A stretch of DNA of 43,009 nucleotides. It comes from a virus. Its lineage: Duplodnaviria; Caudoviricetes. A model generated the notes under the pieces. It ran no database searches. It had not been told where the DNA came from and saw nothing but the letters and a program-made list of their open reading frames with translations. Made by a program: the position numbers and the translations under genes. Shown here piece after piece: positions 27,940 through 37,606 of this stretch. The DNA is taken from positions 1-43,009 of the IMG/VR virus record IMGVR_UViG_3300049828_000108; one strand, 5' to 3'. The stretch's first letter is position 1, and each line of letters starts with the position of its first letter.

Positions 27940-29645
27940 TGAACTTACAAACAAAACGTCAGCAGTTTGAAATTCTGCGTGGCCAGCTTGATCTTGATCG
28001 ATCAACTTTTATTCCACACTGGCGCGATTTATCTGATTATATTTTACCACGACGTGCGCGATTTTCAGTTACAGATGCCAATCGTGGTGAAAGAAAAAAC
28101 AAAAACATTATTGATTCAACTGCGACGCTAGCAAGTCGAACATTAAGATCTGGAATGATGGCTGGTATCACATCACCTGCGCGTCCTTGGTTTAAGTTAA
28201 CCACTCCAGATCCAGATTTAGCTGAGTTCGGACCAGTGCGCACCTGGCTTGATGACGTTCAGCAAATCATGCGCACATCTTATTTAAGATCAAATTTATA
28301 TAACACTCTGCCTGTGATGTATGGCGATCTTGGTACATTTGGAACAGCGCCAATTTATATTGAAGAGGATTTTAGTGGCGAGGTTTTAAAGACTCAATCA
28401 TTTCCAGTTGGTTCATATTGGATTGCAAAAGATGATATGGGTAGAGTGAACGTTTTCATGCGTGATTTCAGAATGACAGTTCGCCAGCTTGTTGAGAAGT
28501 TTGGAAATGTTATCGATGGAAAGCCAGACTGGTCGGTGTTTTCAACTACTGTTAAAAATCTATGGGATACAGCAATGTATGAGACATGGATTGATGTCAC
28601 TCATGTGGTGATGCCAAACAAAGATTATAATCCACTACTTGCGATGGCTAAGTATAAAAAGTTTTTATCTTGTTATTATGAAAAAGGAATTTCTGGCGAC
28701 AATAAACTTGATGGCGACAAATATTTACGCGAATCAGGTTACGATTACTTTCCAGTATTATGTCCTCGTTGGGAGACTACAGGCGAGGATGTTTATGGAA
28801 CGTCATGCCCTGGCATGGATGCGCTTGGTGACGTGAAGCAATTGCAGCATGGTGAAAAGAAAATACTGCAGGCGGTTGATAAACAGATAAATCCACCGCT
28901 GACAGGTCCAACATCATTGAAAACCCAGACTGCATCGGTGTTGCCTGGTGATATTACTTATGTTGACGCCGTTAATGGTAATGGTTTTCGTCCAGTATAT
29001 GAGTTAAATTTTAATATTCAGAACATGGAAATGAAGCAACAACAGGTTCGATCTCGAATCCAGCGTGCTTTTTATGAGGATTTGTTTTTAATGCTGGCAA
29101 ATTCTGATCGTCGTCAGATTACGGCTCGCGAAATAGATGAACGACATGAAGAGAAATTATTAGCATTAGGACCAGTGCTCGAACAAATGAATCAAGATTG
29201 TTTAGATCCATTAACTGATCTTGCATTTGATATTCACGTTCGACAAGGTTTAATTCCGCCTCCGCCGCAAGAATTGCGTGGTATGGATTTGCGTATTGAG
29301 TACATATCGATTATGGCTCAGGCGCAGAAAATGATTGGTATCGCAGCGGTAGATCGATTTGTTGGATTCGTTGGCCAGCTTGCACAGCTTGATCCAAGTG
29401 CTCTTGATAAGATTAAAACAGACAAGGTTATTGATTCTTATGCAGACATGACATCGGTGCCGACATCGATTATTAGATCTGACGATGAGGTTTCTGCAAT
29501 TCGTGATTCTCGCGCCCAGGCAGCACAGGCTCAGCAAACTATGGCTGCGGCTCAGTCAGCTGCTCAAACGGCGCAGACATTAAGTCAGACGCCGATGGGT
29601 GATGATGGTTCGTCTGCGCTGAATAGAATTGTTGGCGAGGCATAA
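27939..29645 (+). CDS. Portal (head-to-tail connector), BPP-1 Bbp21/T7 gp8-like
   Basis: 568 aa; GITSPARPWFKL, YGTSCPG and ITAREIDERHEEKLLALGPVLE. Confidence 0.95.
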   Translation: MNLQTKRQQFEILRGQLDLDRSTFIPHWRDLSDYILPRRARFSVTDANRGERKNKNIIDSTATLASRTLRSGMMAGITSPARPWFKLTTPDPDLAEFGPVRTWLDDVQQIMRTSYLRSNLYNTLPVMYGDLGTFGTAPIYIEEDFSGEVLKTQSFPVGSYWIAKDDMGRVNVFMRDFRMTVRQLVEKFGNVIDGKPDWSVFSTTVKNLWDTAMYETWIDVTHVVMPNKDYNPLLAMAKYKKFLSCYYEKGISGDNKLDGDKYLRESGYDYFPVLCPRWETTGEDVYGTSCPGMDALGDVKQLQHGEKKILQAVDKQINPPLTGPTSLKTQTASVLPGDITYVDAVNGNGFRPVYELNFNIQNMEMKQQQVRSRIQRAFYEDLFLMLANSDRRQITAREIDERHEEKLLALGPVLEQMNQDCLDPLTDLAFDIHVRQGLIPPPPQELRGMDLRIEYISIMAQAQKMIGIAAVDRFVGFVGQLAQLDPSALDKIKTDKVIDSYADMTSVPTSIIRSDDEVSAIRDSRAQAAQAQQTMAAAQSAAQTAQTLSQTPMGDDGSSALNRIVGEA

Positions 29646-30001
29646 TGGCCGTAATAAGTTTCACCATTGAAACATTAAAAACCCATAAAGAAAAAACGTT
29701 AATTTATACTTGGGCTAGCGTTACAAATGCTGACACTTGCGCGCCTGTTGAAATGCCGTCATTTGCCGATAGATCTATTCAGATTGCCGGAACCTTTGGG
29801 CCTATCGGCGATGTCCGCGTCGAGGGATCTAATGATGGCTCTAATTATGCGTATCTAACAAATCCAACTGGCGTTGGTATTGCGTTTACTGAGCCAGGGA
29901 TACAGCAAGTTGTCGAGGTTGTCAGATGGCTGCGTCCTGCCGTTGTTGGCGGTAATGGGTTAACAAATTTAACAATAACTTTATTAGTTAGGAGAAATTA
30001 A
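29645..30001 (+). CDS. Beta-sandwich structural protein
   Basis: SIQIAGTF...VEGSNDG, an all-beta pattern. Confidence 0.6.
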   Translation: MAVISFTIETLKTHKEKTLIYTWASVTNADTCAPVEMPSFADRSIQIAGTFGPIGDVRVEGSNDGSNYAYLTNPTGVGIAFTEPGIQQVVEVVRWLRPAVVGGNGLTNLTITLLVRRN

Positions 30002-30004
30002 AAT

Positions 30005-30433
30005 ATGAGTAAAGCAAATGGTTTTGAGAACGATTTAGTAACATTAACTTTTAACGCAACACTGGCGGCACACCTTGGAACTTTATCAGGTACTGGTAAC
30101 GCAAATTTATACGTTGCGCTTCATACAGGTGACCCAGGGGAAGCTGGTTCACAAACCACAAGTGAGTGCGCTTATGGTTCTTATGCTCGCGTTGCAGTTG
30201 CTCGCTCTGCTGGTGGTTGGACTGTATCAGGCAACCAAGTGCAAAACACAGCGGTGATTAACTTTCCAGAGTGTTCATCTGGTTCTGAAACAGTATCGCA
30301 TTTTTCAGTCGGGACCGTTTCATCTGGTGCCGGACAAATACTTTATAAAGGCGCATTGACTGCATCTCGTAACGTATCGTCTGGTATTACATTACAGTTT
30401 CCAGCGACATCGATCACAATTACTGAGGACTAA
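30005..30433 (+). CDS. Conserved phage structural protein (fibre/appendage component)
   Basis: LYVALHTGDPGEAG...ECAYGSYARVAV...INFPEC, a recurrent phage virion-protein motif. Confidence 0.7.
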   Translation: MSKANGFENDLVTLTFNATLAAHLGTLSGTGNANLYVALHTGDPGEAGSQTTSECAYGSYARVAVARSAGGWTVSGNQVQNTAVINFPECSSGSETVSHFSVGTVSSGAGQILYKGALTASRNVSSGITLQFPATSITITED

Positions 30434-30645
30434 TGACTAATCAACAAATGCTTGCAGCTTTAAAAGGTGATCTACAACAAAAACAAATGTTGTACGATTA
30501 TTTTTTCGCTAAAGTTTCACAAGGTGAAGTTTTAGAAGACAATGAAATACCAATGTTTGAAGCTGTAAGAAAAGAACTCACTAAAAAATCTGAAATCGTA
30601 ACCATGTCAGGAACAGCAACCGGAGCAAGTGGGGCAATTGGATGA
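30433..30645 (+). CDS. Hypothetical protein
   Basis: 70 aa, coupled to both neighbours. Confidence 0.6.
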   Translation: MTNQQMLAALKGDLQQKQMLYDYFFAKVSQGEVLEDNEIPMFEAVRKELTKKSEIVTMSGTATGASGAIG

Positions 30646-31514
30646 TTCGAGGTGTTTGGGATTACGCACAGGCAGTTGAAAAAGGTCAGACAAATTACTC
30701 GTCGTTTCGTAAGGTGCCGTCACAGGTAACTACGGCAAGTAATTGGTTTGATCTATCAATGAGTCCTGGCAATCCTAAACCGCAGTATTATGCGGCAGCA
30801 CCTTTAATTGCACAGCAAATGCGATACTCAACAGATGGTGGATTTTATCATGGTGCCTCTGTTAGTTCTGCTGGTTATCAAAAGTATTTAAAAAATTTTA
30901 AATTATCTATTGTAAACACGATCGCACCGATTCCGTTCATGCTTTTAGATTATCTTTTGTACTATCCGTTTGTCGATATGGGAACGAACGACGAACAAAT
31001 TATGGATAACACTACGACGCTATCAAGATACACCGATGGCGTTGGCGTTCAAATGATGGCCGTGTCGGTCGCATCTGGTACGGGATTGTCGCCACGGTTT
31101 ACAGTTAATTACACAAATTCTGATGGCGTCTCAGGTCGAACAAGTAATCTAGTTACGCTCAGTGCTGCAACTGCCAACGGTTCTATTTTAAGCTGTCATC
31201 ATGATTTAAGTACAACTATCGGAAATACATCATTCATCGGTTTACAAGAGGGAGACACCGGAGTTAGATCAGTTCAGTCTGTTACTTTTCCAGGAATAAC
31301 AGACGTTGGATTGTTCGCGTTGGTTTTAGTTAAACCATTAATGACATCTACACTTTATGAAACGGCATCACCTATCGAAACAGAGTTACTCGTTCACTCG
31401 TCTACGCTTCCAAAAATATACGACGATGCGTATTTAAATTTAATAATATGTGCCGCAGCATCTGTAAGCGGTTTTCAGTTTTTCGGCGACATAGAAACAG
31501 TATGGAATAAATAA
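30642..31514 (+). CDS. Putative structural protein, paralogue A
   Basis: Shares RYTxGxGxQ, YTN, LVKPL, LPxIYDxAxL and FxGxxxxVW with the next gene. Confidence 0.7.
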   Translation: MIRGVWDYAQAVEKGQTNYSSFRKVPSQVTTASNWFDLSMSPGNPKPQYYAAAPLIAQQMRYSTDGGFYHGASVSSAGYQKYLKNFKLSIVNTIAPIPFMLLDYLLYYPFVDMGTNDEQIMDNTTTLSRYTDGVGVQMMAVSVASGTGLSPRFTVNYTNSDGVSGRTSNLVTLSAATANGSILSCHHDLSTTIGNTSFIGLQEGDTGVRSVQSVTFPGITDVGLFALVLVKPLMTSTLYETASPIETELLVHSSTLPKIYDDAYLNLIICAAASVSGFQFFGDIETVWNK

Positions 31515-31523
31515 GGGGATTAT

Positions 31524-32681
31524 ATGGCAGGTTTTACAAGTTTTGACGACATGATTAATCAGGCAACAGTTAACGGCAAATCAGCTCGATTTGATTGGAA
31601 TAAAAACTTTCTACCGACAACGGCAGCAACAGCAAGTGAGTGTCACTTTCTTGCAAGAGGTGGTGGTAACCCAGGGGCTGACTCGCTTTTTAACACTGGT
31701 ACGAATTTAACTTTTCAGCCAGTATCAAACACCACGACAAACGCCAACAGTATTCAACACGGCAGCAACGTGAGTCCTGCTTATAAGTACATTGCAAACG
31801 CATCGGCTTGGTCCACAGCGGCAACGACTGCGCCGTGTATTTTAACTTTGGTTGATTTGGTTGGATTTTACCGAGTTACATCAGTAACAACCACAACGGC
31901 TCAAGCGACTACAAACACACTCTCGGCGTTTAGTACATTCACAGCCGATGCAGGAACAGATACTTTAACACATTCTAATATTAATTTATTTCCTTATACG
32001 CGAGTTCAAGTCTCAACAACGACAACGCTCCCTGCTGGTTTATCGGCAGCAACAAACTATTACGTCATCAAAGTAACAGACACAACCTGTCAGCTAGCTA
32101 CGTCTTACGCAAATGCTGTAGCTGGTACTGCAATTAATATTACAGATGCAGGGACTGGTACGCATACGATCAACACGCTGTTACCACGCTATACAAGCGG
32201 CGCAGGCTTACAGGCTATTTTCTGGAATACAAACTCGACAGCACTGGGAGCAGCGACTCCGAACTTATCTTTGGGCTATACGAACCAAGAACAAACTGCA
32301 TCGCGTGCAACGCCTACAACTTTGCCAATCGGTAAGACAACACCTGCCAATGGTTTAATTTTATACTCAGGCACAGGCTCGGGTAAGTACAACCCATATA
32401 TGCCACGACAGGGTGCTGACTCCGGTTACGCATCAATTGAAACGATTCAAAACTCTGTGTCGTATGTGTCCGGTGAATACTCGGTTGGACTTGTTAAACC
32501 ATTATTTAATATGCCGATCACAACTTTAGGTATCGCATCAGAGCGTGAGTTTTTCTCACAAGTTCCTGGTGGACTACCAAGAATTTATGATGGTGCAGCA
32601 CTTTATTGGATTATCAACTCAGGCGCAGCAACTCCAACGAACTCAGCTTTTCAGGGCCACTTCGACGTTGTGTGGGGCTAG
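31524..32681 (+). CDS. Putative structural protein, paralogue B, with an 86-aa inserted domain
   Basis: Thr-rich, with the same motif series as 30642-31514. Confidence 0.7.
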   Translation: MAGFTSFDDMINQATVNGKSARFDWNKNFLPTTAATASECHFLARGGGNPGADSLFNTGTNLTFQPVSNTTTNANSIQHGSNVSPAYKYIANASAWSTAATTAPCILTLVDLVGFYRVTSVTTTTAQATTNTLSAFSTFTADAGTDTLTHSNINLFPYTRVQVSTTTTLPAGLSAATNYYVIKVTDTTCQLATSYANAVAGTAINITDAGTGTHTINTLLPRYTSGAGLQAIFWNTNSTALGAATPNLSLGYTNQEQTASRATPTTLPIGKTTPANGLILYSGTGSGKYNPYMPRQGADSGYASIETIQNSVSYVSGEYSVGLVKPLFNMPITTLGIASEREFFSQVPGGLPRIYDGAALYWIINSGAATPTNSAFQGHFDVVWG

Positions 32682-33485
32682 ATGGCATTAATTGGAAATG
32701 GCTCGCTTTTAAATAAATCTTTTCAACGACTACATGGTGGCACTGCTACAGCGATAGCCTCGCATTGTAATGTTAAAGCATCGTTGATGAGCACTAATAT
32801 TTTAAGAGCGCGAGCACAGCTCCAATTTAAACAAGCGTCAATTCCTGGTACTGGTTACGGTCCAGGGACTGCGTTCATGATGCCAATGACTGGCGGCGAG
32901 TTAGGTATTCGTCGCGTTGAAGGCGTGGCAACTGTAACAGGTACAGGCTTATCAGCAATGATCGCTGCACTTGATGCGATTGCAGGCGTGGCAACTGTAA
33001 CAGGCTCGGCAAATGCCATCGGTTTAATTCAGATTGCTGGTACTTCTGATGGTGTGGCTAGCGTCACAGCGTTTACATTAGTTGCATCGTCAATGAGTGG
33101 AACGATTGCAGGTATTGCGACAGTAGATGCAAACCTAGGTGCAGTCATTCCATGTGAGGCGTCGAGCGCAGGTCTTGCGTCTAGTTCTGTAAACTTAAAA
33201 GGTACAGGCAGACTCGGTGGCGACATTACGATCGGCGGCACTGGTTACTTATCAAATGATGACGTTGAGAGATTGGCTGCCGCTGTAATAGAGTCTGAAA
33301 TAGAAACGTCTTTTAATTTAAAAGAAGCTTTTCGCTTGGTTTTATCGGCCACGGCAGGAAAGCTTTCTGGCGCTGCTGGAACAACGATAACAATTAGGAA
33401 CGTGGTTGATGATAAAAATAGAATCGTTGCGACAGTAGATTCAAATGGAAATAGAACAAGTTTAACTTACGATGTGGGTGATTAA
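32682..33485 (+). CDS. Gly/Ala-repeat fibre-like structural protein
   Basis: ~20-aa repeats (GVATVTG x2, GVASVTA, GIATVDA, GLASSSV) and C-terminal RIVATVDSNGNRT. Confidence 0.7.
   Translation: MALIGNGSLLNKSFQRLHGGTATAIASHCNVKASLMSTNILRARAQLQFKQASIPGTGYGPGTAFMMPMTGGELGIRRVEGVATVTGTGLSAMIAALDAIAGVATVTGSANAIGLIQIAGTSDGVASVTAFTLVASSMSGTIAGIATVDANLGAVIPCEASSAGLASSSVNLKGTGRLGGDITIGGTGYLSNDDVERLAAAVIESEIETSFNLKEAFRLVLSATAGKLSGAAGTTITIRNVVDDKNRIVATVDSNGNRTSLTYDVGD
32921..33004 (+). repeat. 21-bp exact direct repeat within the CDS
   Basis: AGGCGTGGCAACTGTAACAGG at 32921-32941 and 32984-33004, 63-bp period. Confidence 0.9.
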
Positions 33486-33616
33486 TGTTTCCTAAGGTTT
33501 ATTTTGCTCAAACATATTTTGCGCCACTGTATTGGCCTCCGACTGGTGACTTTGATCCACCTGAGCCAGCGAGCAGTATTTTTAATTATCCAATTTACCG
33601 AAGGGCTAGACGATGA
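33485..33616 (+). CDS. 43-aa peptide with YFxxxYFxxxYW motif (not in track)
   Basis: MFPKVYFAQTYFAPLYWPPTGDFDPPEPASSIFNYPIYRRARR; TAATG and ATGA coupling. Confidence 0.7.
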   Translation: MFPKVYFAQTYFAPLYWPPTGDFDPPEPASSIFNYPIYRRARR

Positions 33617-33957
33617 AACCGTTAGTGAAAAATGCAGCAGACGAAGGTCAGGTCAATAACGCTAAAATTAAAAAACAATTACTTGACGACCAGAATCATA
33701 ATGATTTGAAATTTATTTTAGATTCTGCACAGGGGCGCCGATTTGTTTGGCGTATTCTTGAGAGGTGCGGGGTTTTTAAAAGTAGTTTTGTAACTTCAAG
33801 CGAAATATACTTTAATGAAGGAAAGCGCGACATCGGTTTAAAAATTTTAGCTGAGATCATGGAGTGTGATCCTCAGGCTTATTTAAAAATGGCAACAAAC
33901 AAGGATAATATAAATGACAGAACAAACAACGTCAGCGACGGCTCAAGAAACAACTAA
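33613..33957 (+). CDS. Bbp19-like head module protein
   Basis: GRRFVWRILERCGVF...YFNEGKRDIGL, just before the scaffold. Confidence 0.8.
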   Translation: MKPLVKNAADEGQVNNAKIKKQLLDDQNHNDLKFILDSAQGRRFVWRILERCGVFKSSFVTSSEIYFNEGKRDIGLKILAEIMECDPQAYLKMATNKDNINDRTNNVSDGSRNN

Positions 33958-34525
33958 CGCCGCCGCTCAGACGACAGAAGTTAATGCTAGTGCAACGGCA
34001 ACAGCACCAGCAGCAGATACTCAAACGCAGCAACAGGCGCAGGCTCAGGCTGGAACACAGGACGCAAAATTCGATCTTGCAGTTCCAGAAGAGTCATTTT
34101 TAACAGAAACTGAGGTTGAGAGCCTTAAATCCTACGCGAAGGAAAAGGGGTTATCAAAAGACCAAGCACAGGAACTGTTGAATCAGCGTCATGCAGCAAA
34201 AGAGGATCTGGTTGCGAGTTACAAAAGTGAGCAAGAAAACTTGCGCACTCAGTGGCTTGCGGATGCTAAGAATGACAAAGAGTTCGGCGGCCAGCATTTT
34301 GCGCAAAATGTTGAGTTTGCAAAACGATCTCTTGAGAAGTTCGCGACACCAGAAATTGTTGGTTATTTAAATCAAACAGGTCTTGGGAATAATCCTGAGG
34401 TAATTCGTTTGTTTTACAGAATCGGCAAAGCTATGTCGAACGATTCGATTGTGAATCCTGGTTCAGCAGGTGGACCAGTGAAAAAACCAATCGAAGAGGT
34501 TTTCTATGGAAAACAACAAACTTAA
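33914..34525 (+). CDS. Capsid scaffolding protein
   Basis: Low-complexity N-terminus, DKEFGG and TGLGNNPEVIRLFYRIGKAMSND; precedes the MCP. Confidence 0.8.
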   Translation: MTEQTTSATAQETTNAAAQTTEVNASATATAPAADTQTQQQAQAQAGTQDAKFDLAVPEESFLTETEVESLKSYAKEKGLSKDQAQELLNQRHAAKEDLVASYKSEQENLRTQWLADAKNDKEFGGQHFAQNVEFAKRSLEKFATPEIVGYLNQTGLGNNPEVIRLFYRIGKAMSNDSIVNPGSAGGPVKKPIEEVFYGKQQT

Positions 34526-34545
34526 AAAATAGGAGAATTTAAAAA

Positions 34546-35547
34546 ATGGCTACACTAAGTTCAAATGCTTTAACATTAGTTGACTGGGCTAAACGCCTAG
34601 ATCCAGATGGTAAAGTTCCACAAATCGCAGAGTTATTATCAAATACAAACGAAATCCTTTTAGACATGGTTTTCATGGAAGGTAACTTGCCTACTGGTCA
34701 CCGAGTGACTATTCGTACAGGTTTACCAACTGCTGCATGGCGTTTGTTAAACCAAGGCGTTCAGCCAACTAAGTCAACAACTGCTCAAGTCGACGAGGCT
34801 TGTGGTATGTTGGAGGCGTGGTCAGAGGTTGATAAAGACCTTGCGTTACTAAATGGTAACGTTGCTGCTTTCCGTATGTCTGAGGCTCAGGCATTTATCG
34901 AAGCAATGAATCAAGAAGCTGCACAGACGATTTTCTACGGAAACGCATCTTTAGCGCCTGAGGAGTTTACAGGGCTATCAATCCGTTACTCTAGCTCATC
35001 GGCGGCATCTGGCCAGAATGTTATTAAGGCTGGAGGCGCGAGTTCAGACAACACATCAATTTGGTTAATTTGCTGGGGACAAAACACTGTCTCTGGTATT
35101 TTTCCAAAGGGATCTAAGGCTGGATTATCACACTACGATCATGGCGAAGTAACTGTTGAAACGTCTGCAGGAATTGCTGGAACTCGTCTACGAGCATACC
35201 AAGATCAATGGCAATGGAAACTGGGCCTTTGTGTTAAGGACTGGCGTTATGCTGTTCGTATCTGCAACATCGACGTTTCAAACTTGGTTGCAAAGTCATC
35301 TGCGGCTGATTTGATCGAGTACATGATTAAAGCAATGCACCGTATTCCAGTAAAAGGAATGGGAAAAATGGCGTTCTACATGAACAGAACTGTTATTCAG
35401 ATGTTGGATATTCAACGTCGTGATGACGTTCAATCTGGCGGATCTTTGGTTTACAGCGATGTTGACGGAAAGCTAATCCCATCATTCCGTGGCGTTCCAA
35501 TTCGTGTTTGCGATGCGATCCTTGAAACAGAAGCAACAGTATCGTAA
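34546..35547 (+). CDS. Major capsid protein (BPP-1 Bbp17/epsilon15 gp7-like)
   Basis: TLVDWAKRLDPDG, EGNLPTGH, DWRYAVRICNID and FRGVPIR; AGGAG RBS. Confidence 0.95.
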   Translation: MATLSSNALTLVDWAKRLDPDGKVPQIAELLSNTNEILLDMVFMEGNLPTGHRVTIRTGLPTAAWRLLNQGVQPTKSTTAQVDEACGMLEAWSEVDKDLALLNGNVAAFRMSEAQAFIEAMNQEAAQTIFYGNASLAPEEFTGLSIRYSSSSAASGQNVIKAGGASSDNTSIWLICWGQNTVSGIFPKGSKAGLSHYDHGEVTVETSAGIAGTRLRAYQDQWQWKLGLCVKDWRYAVRICNIDVSNLVAKSSAADLIEYMIKAMHRIPVKGMGKMAFYMNRTVIQMLDIQRRDDVQSGGSLVYSDVDGKLIPSFRGVPIRVCDAILETEATVS

Positions 35548-35572
35548 CTTTAACTTATAGGAGATTTATAAA

Positions 35573-36019
35573 ATGTATTTAGATTCACAGTTATTATTAA
35601 GCGACGCTCAAGCTTTAACTGCTACAGCGGTTTCAACAAATACTATCGACACAGCATTAGCGACAAATGAGATTGGCATCGGCGAACCGATGGCGCTTGT
35701 TTTTGTTGTTGATACTGCGGCTGATACTGTGTCTGGTGATGAGACTTATCAGTTTCAATTAATCCAATCAGCAAATGCCAACTTGTCGTCTCAGGATGTT
35801 TTATTACAAACTGACACGTCATACATCACGCGAGCGACTTTAGTTGCTGGCTATAAGGTTGTTATTCCGCTCCCAGCAGGAATGAAAACAAAGCGTTATC
35901 TTGGCGCTCGTTACGTTCTTGGCGGAACCACACCAAGCGTGACAGTTACTGCGTTCTTGCAGCCATTAAATATGTTGCAAATGGATAACAACTATCCAGA
36001 CTCAATCACAATTTCATAA
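35573..36019 (+). CDS. Capsid cement protein (Bbp16-like)
   Basis: MYLDSQLLLSDAQALTATAVSTNTID...RYLGARY, directly after the MCP. Confidence 0.85.
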   Translation: MYLDSQLLLSDAQALTATAVSTNTIDTALATNEIGIGEPMALVFVVDTAADTVSGDETYQFQLIQSANANLSSQDVLLQTDTSYITRATLVAGYKVVIPLPAGMKTKRYLGARYVLGGTTPSVTVTAFLQPLNMLQMDNNYPDSITIS

Positions 36020-36037
36020 GTTTATTAGGGGGATTAG

Positions 36038-36307
36038 ATGGCTAAAAAAGAAGTCAAAAGCAATAAAAAAATTAAGGTCACTGCAATCGCGACTGGTTAT
36101 TATCAGGACGCGCGGCGCTACGAAGGAAAAACGTTTTTCATGGAGGAATCTCTTTTGAAATTCGACAATGAGGGAAATCTCATTTCGCCTAAGTGGGTTG
36201 TGTTAGCTGAGAAATACCAAACAAAAGAGCAGAAAGACGCTGATGCAAAGGCTAAATCTGATCCTGCTTTAAACGATGGTGATTCGTCGGGCGACGAGGT
36301 TATCTAA
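36038..36307 (+). CDS. Small head-module protein
   Basis: KVTAIATGYYQDARRYEGKTF, 89 aa. Confidence 0.6.
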   Translation: MAKKEVKSNKKIKVTAIATGYYQDARRYEGKTFFMEESLLKFDNEGNLISPKWVVLAEKYQTKEQKDADAKAKSDPALNDGDSSGDEVI

Positions 36308-36312
36308 TTAAG

Positions 36313-36342
36313 TGGCCTCTGAAAAGGGGCCATTTTTATTTT
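36313..36342 (+). terminator. Rho-independent terminator after the capsid genes
   Basis: TGGCCTCT-GAAA-AGGGGCCA followed by TTTTTATTTT. Confidence 0.85.
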
Positions 36343-36351
36343 GGGGGAAAA

Positions 36352-36657
36352 ATGGATTATAAATATTTAACGGATTACGAATCAGTGGCCGTGAGTCAGA
36401 CAGATCAAATTCTTGGTCCTAATGGCGCAGCGGGTGATATTTTAGAACGATTAGTTATTACAGTTTCAACTGCGGCGACAAGCACGGTTTCCATTAAAGA
36501 TGGAAACGGATCTGCGATTTCTATAATGGCAGCGAATACTGCAATTGGAGTTTATTCAATTGACGTTGGAGCGCGAGCAGTGAACGCAACAACGCCAGGA
36601 TGGAAAGTTACGACTGGCGCGGGCGCATCGGTTGTTGCGATAGGATACTTTAAATAA
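36352..36657 (+). CDS. Small beta-rich structural protein
   Basis: 101 aa, all-beta pattern, late operon. Confidence 0.6.
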   Translation: MDYKYLTDYESVAVSQTDQILGPNGAAGDILERLVITVSTAATSTVSIKDGNGSAISIMAANTAIGVYSIDVGARAVNATTPGWKVTTGAGASVVAIGYFK

Positions 36658-37259
36658 TGTCTAGCAAAATGCAGATATGGAACATGGCTCTTTCACACCT
36701 TGGCATTTCAAAAGAAGTGGCAAGCGAAACAGAGCAAACTATTGAGGCTAAGGCCTGTCGTCGATTTTATGAAACAACAGTTAAAAATGTTTTAAAAGAT
36801 CACAGTTGGCCATTTGCCAGTAAAATTGCAACACTAAATTTAATAGAGACAAGTCCAAATACTGAGTGGGCGTATTCTTATAGATACCCAACTGACTGTT
36901 TGTTTTTTCGTAGAATTTTATCTGGAAATCGCAACGATACTCCAGCCACCAAAGTTGCCTATGCTATTTCTCAAGATGCGTCTGCAGGTGTTATTTTTAC
37001 AGATGCAACAAATGCTGTCGCTGAGTACACGCGAAACATAACTGATGAATCCTTTTTTCCATCGGACTTTGAAACAGCGGTTTCGTATCGGTTGGCTAAT
37101 TACATTGCGGCAAGGGTAACAGCTGGTGATCCATTTGGATTGGCAAAAATGGCATTTCAAAATTATCAAATTGAGTTAAGTCGCGCGGTGGCAAATTCTT
37201 TTAACGAGGATCAGTCTGTAGAATTACAGGATACTGAATCCGTAAATGCGAGGAACTAA
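36657..37259 (+). CDS. Tail tubular protein A / adaptor
   Basis: IWNMALSHLG, HSWPFA and WAYSYRYPTDCL. Confidence 0.88.
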   Translation: MSSKMQIWNMALSHLGISKEVASETEQTIEAKACRRFYETTVKNVLKDHSWPFASKIATLNLIETSPNTEWAYSYRYPTDCLFFRRILSGNRNDTPATKVAYAISQDASAGVIFTDATNAVAEYTRNITDESFFPSDFETAVSYRLANYIAARVTAGDPFGLAKMAFQNYQIELSRAVANSFNEDQSVELQDTESVNARN

Positions 37260-37604
37260 ATGAAAAGCATGGCGATGAAAAAAAATACAATTCTTGGCGG
37301 CGATGACGTGGTTGCAAATGTTGGTTACTCGGCTGCTGGTCTTTCTGAAAAGCCAAAAGAAGAATATCCAATATGCTTGAAATTATATCTAGGTCCTGAT
37401 GAAATTAAAATGTTAGGAATTACAGAGCTTCCTGAAATTAGCTCCGAGCTTGAGCTTGAGGCTAAGGTTAAAGTTGTTGGCATCAGCAAAGATGAACGCG
37501 GATCTCGACTGGAATTGCAAATCACCGATATGTCGTTGGAGTCTGAAAAAGACAATGATGAGCCTATCGAAAATATTATGTACGGTGAAGCAAAAGAGGG
37601 TTAG
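37260..37604 (+). CDS. Epsilon15 gp10-like capsid staple protein
   Basis: YPICLKLYL...LG...LEAKVKV...LELQITDM pattern. Confidence 0.6.
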   Translation: MKSMAMKKNTILGGDDVVANVGYSAAGLSEKPKEEYPICLKLYLGPDEIKMLGITELPEISSELELEAKVKVVGISKDERGSRLELQITDMSLESEKDNDEPIENIMYGEAKEG

Positions 37605-37606
37605 TT

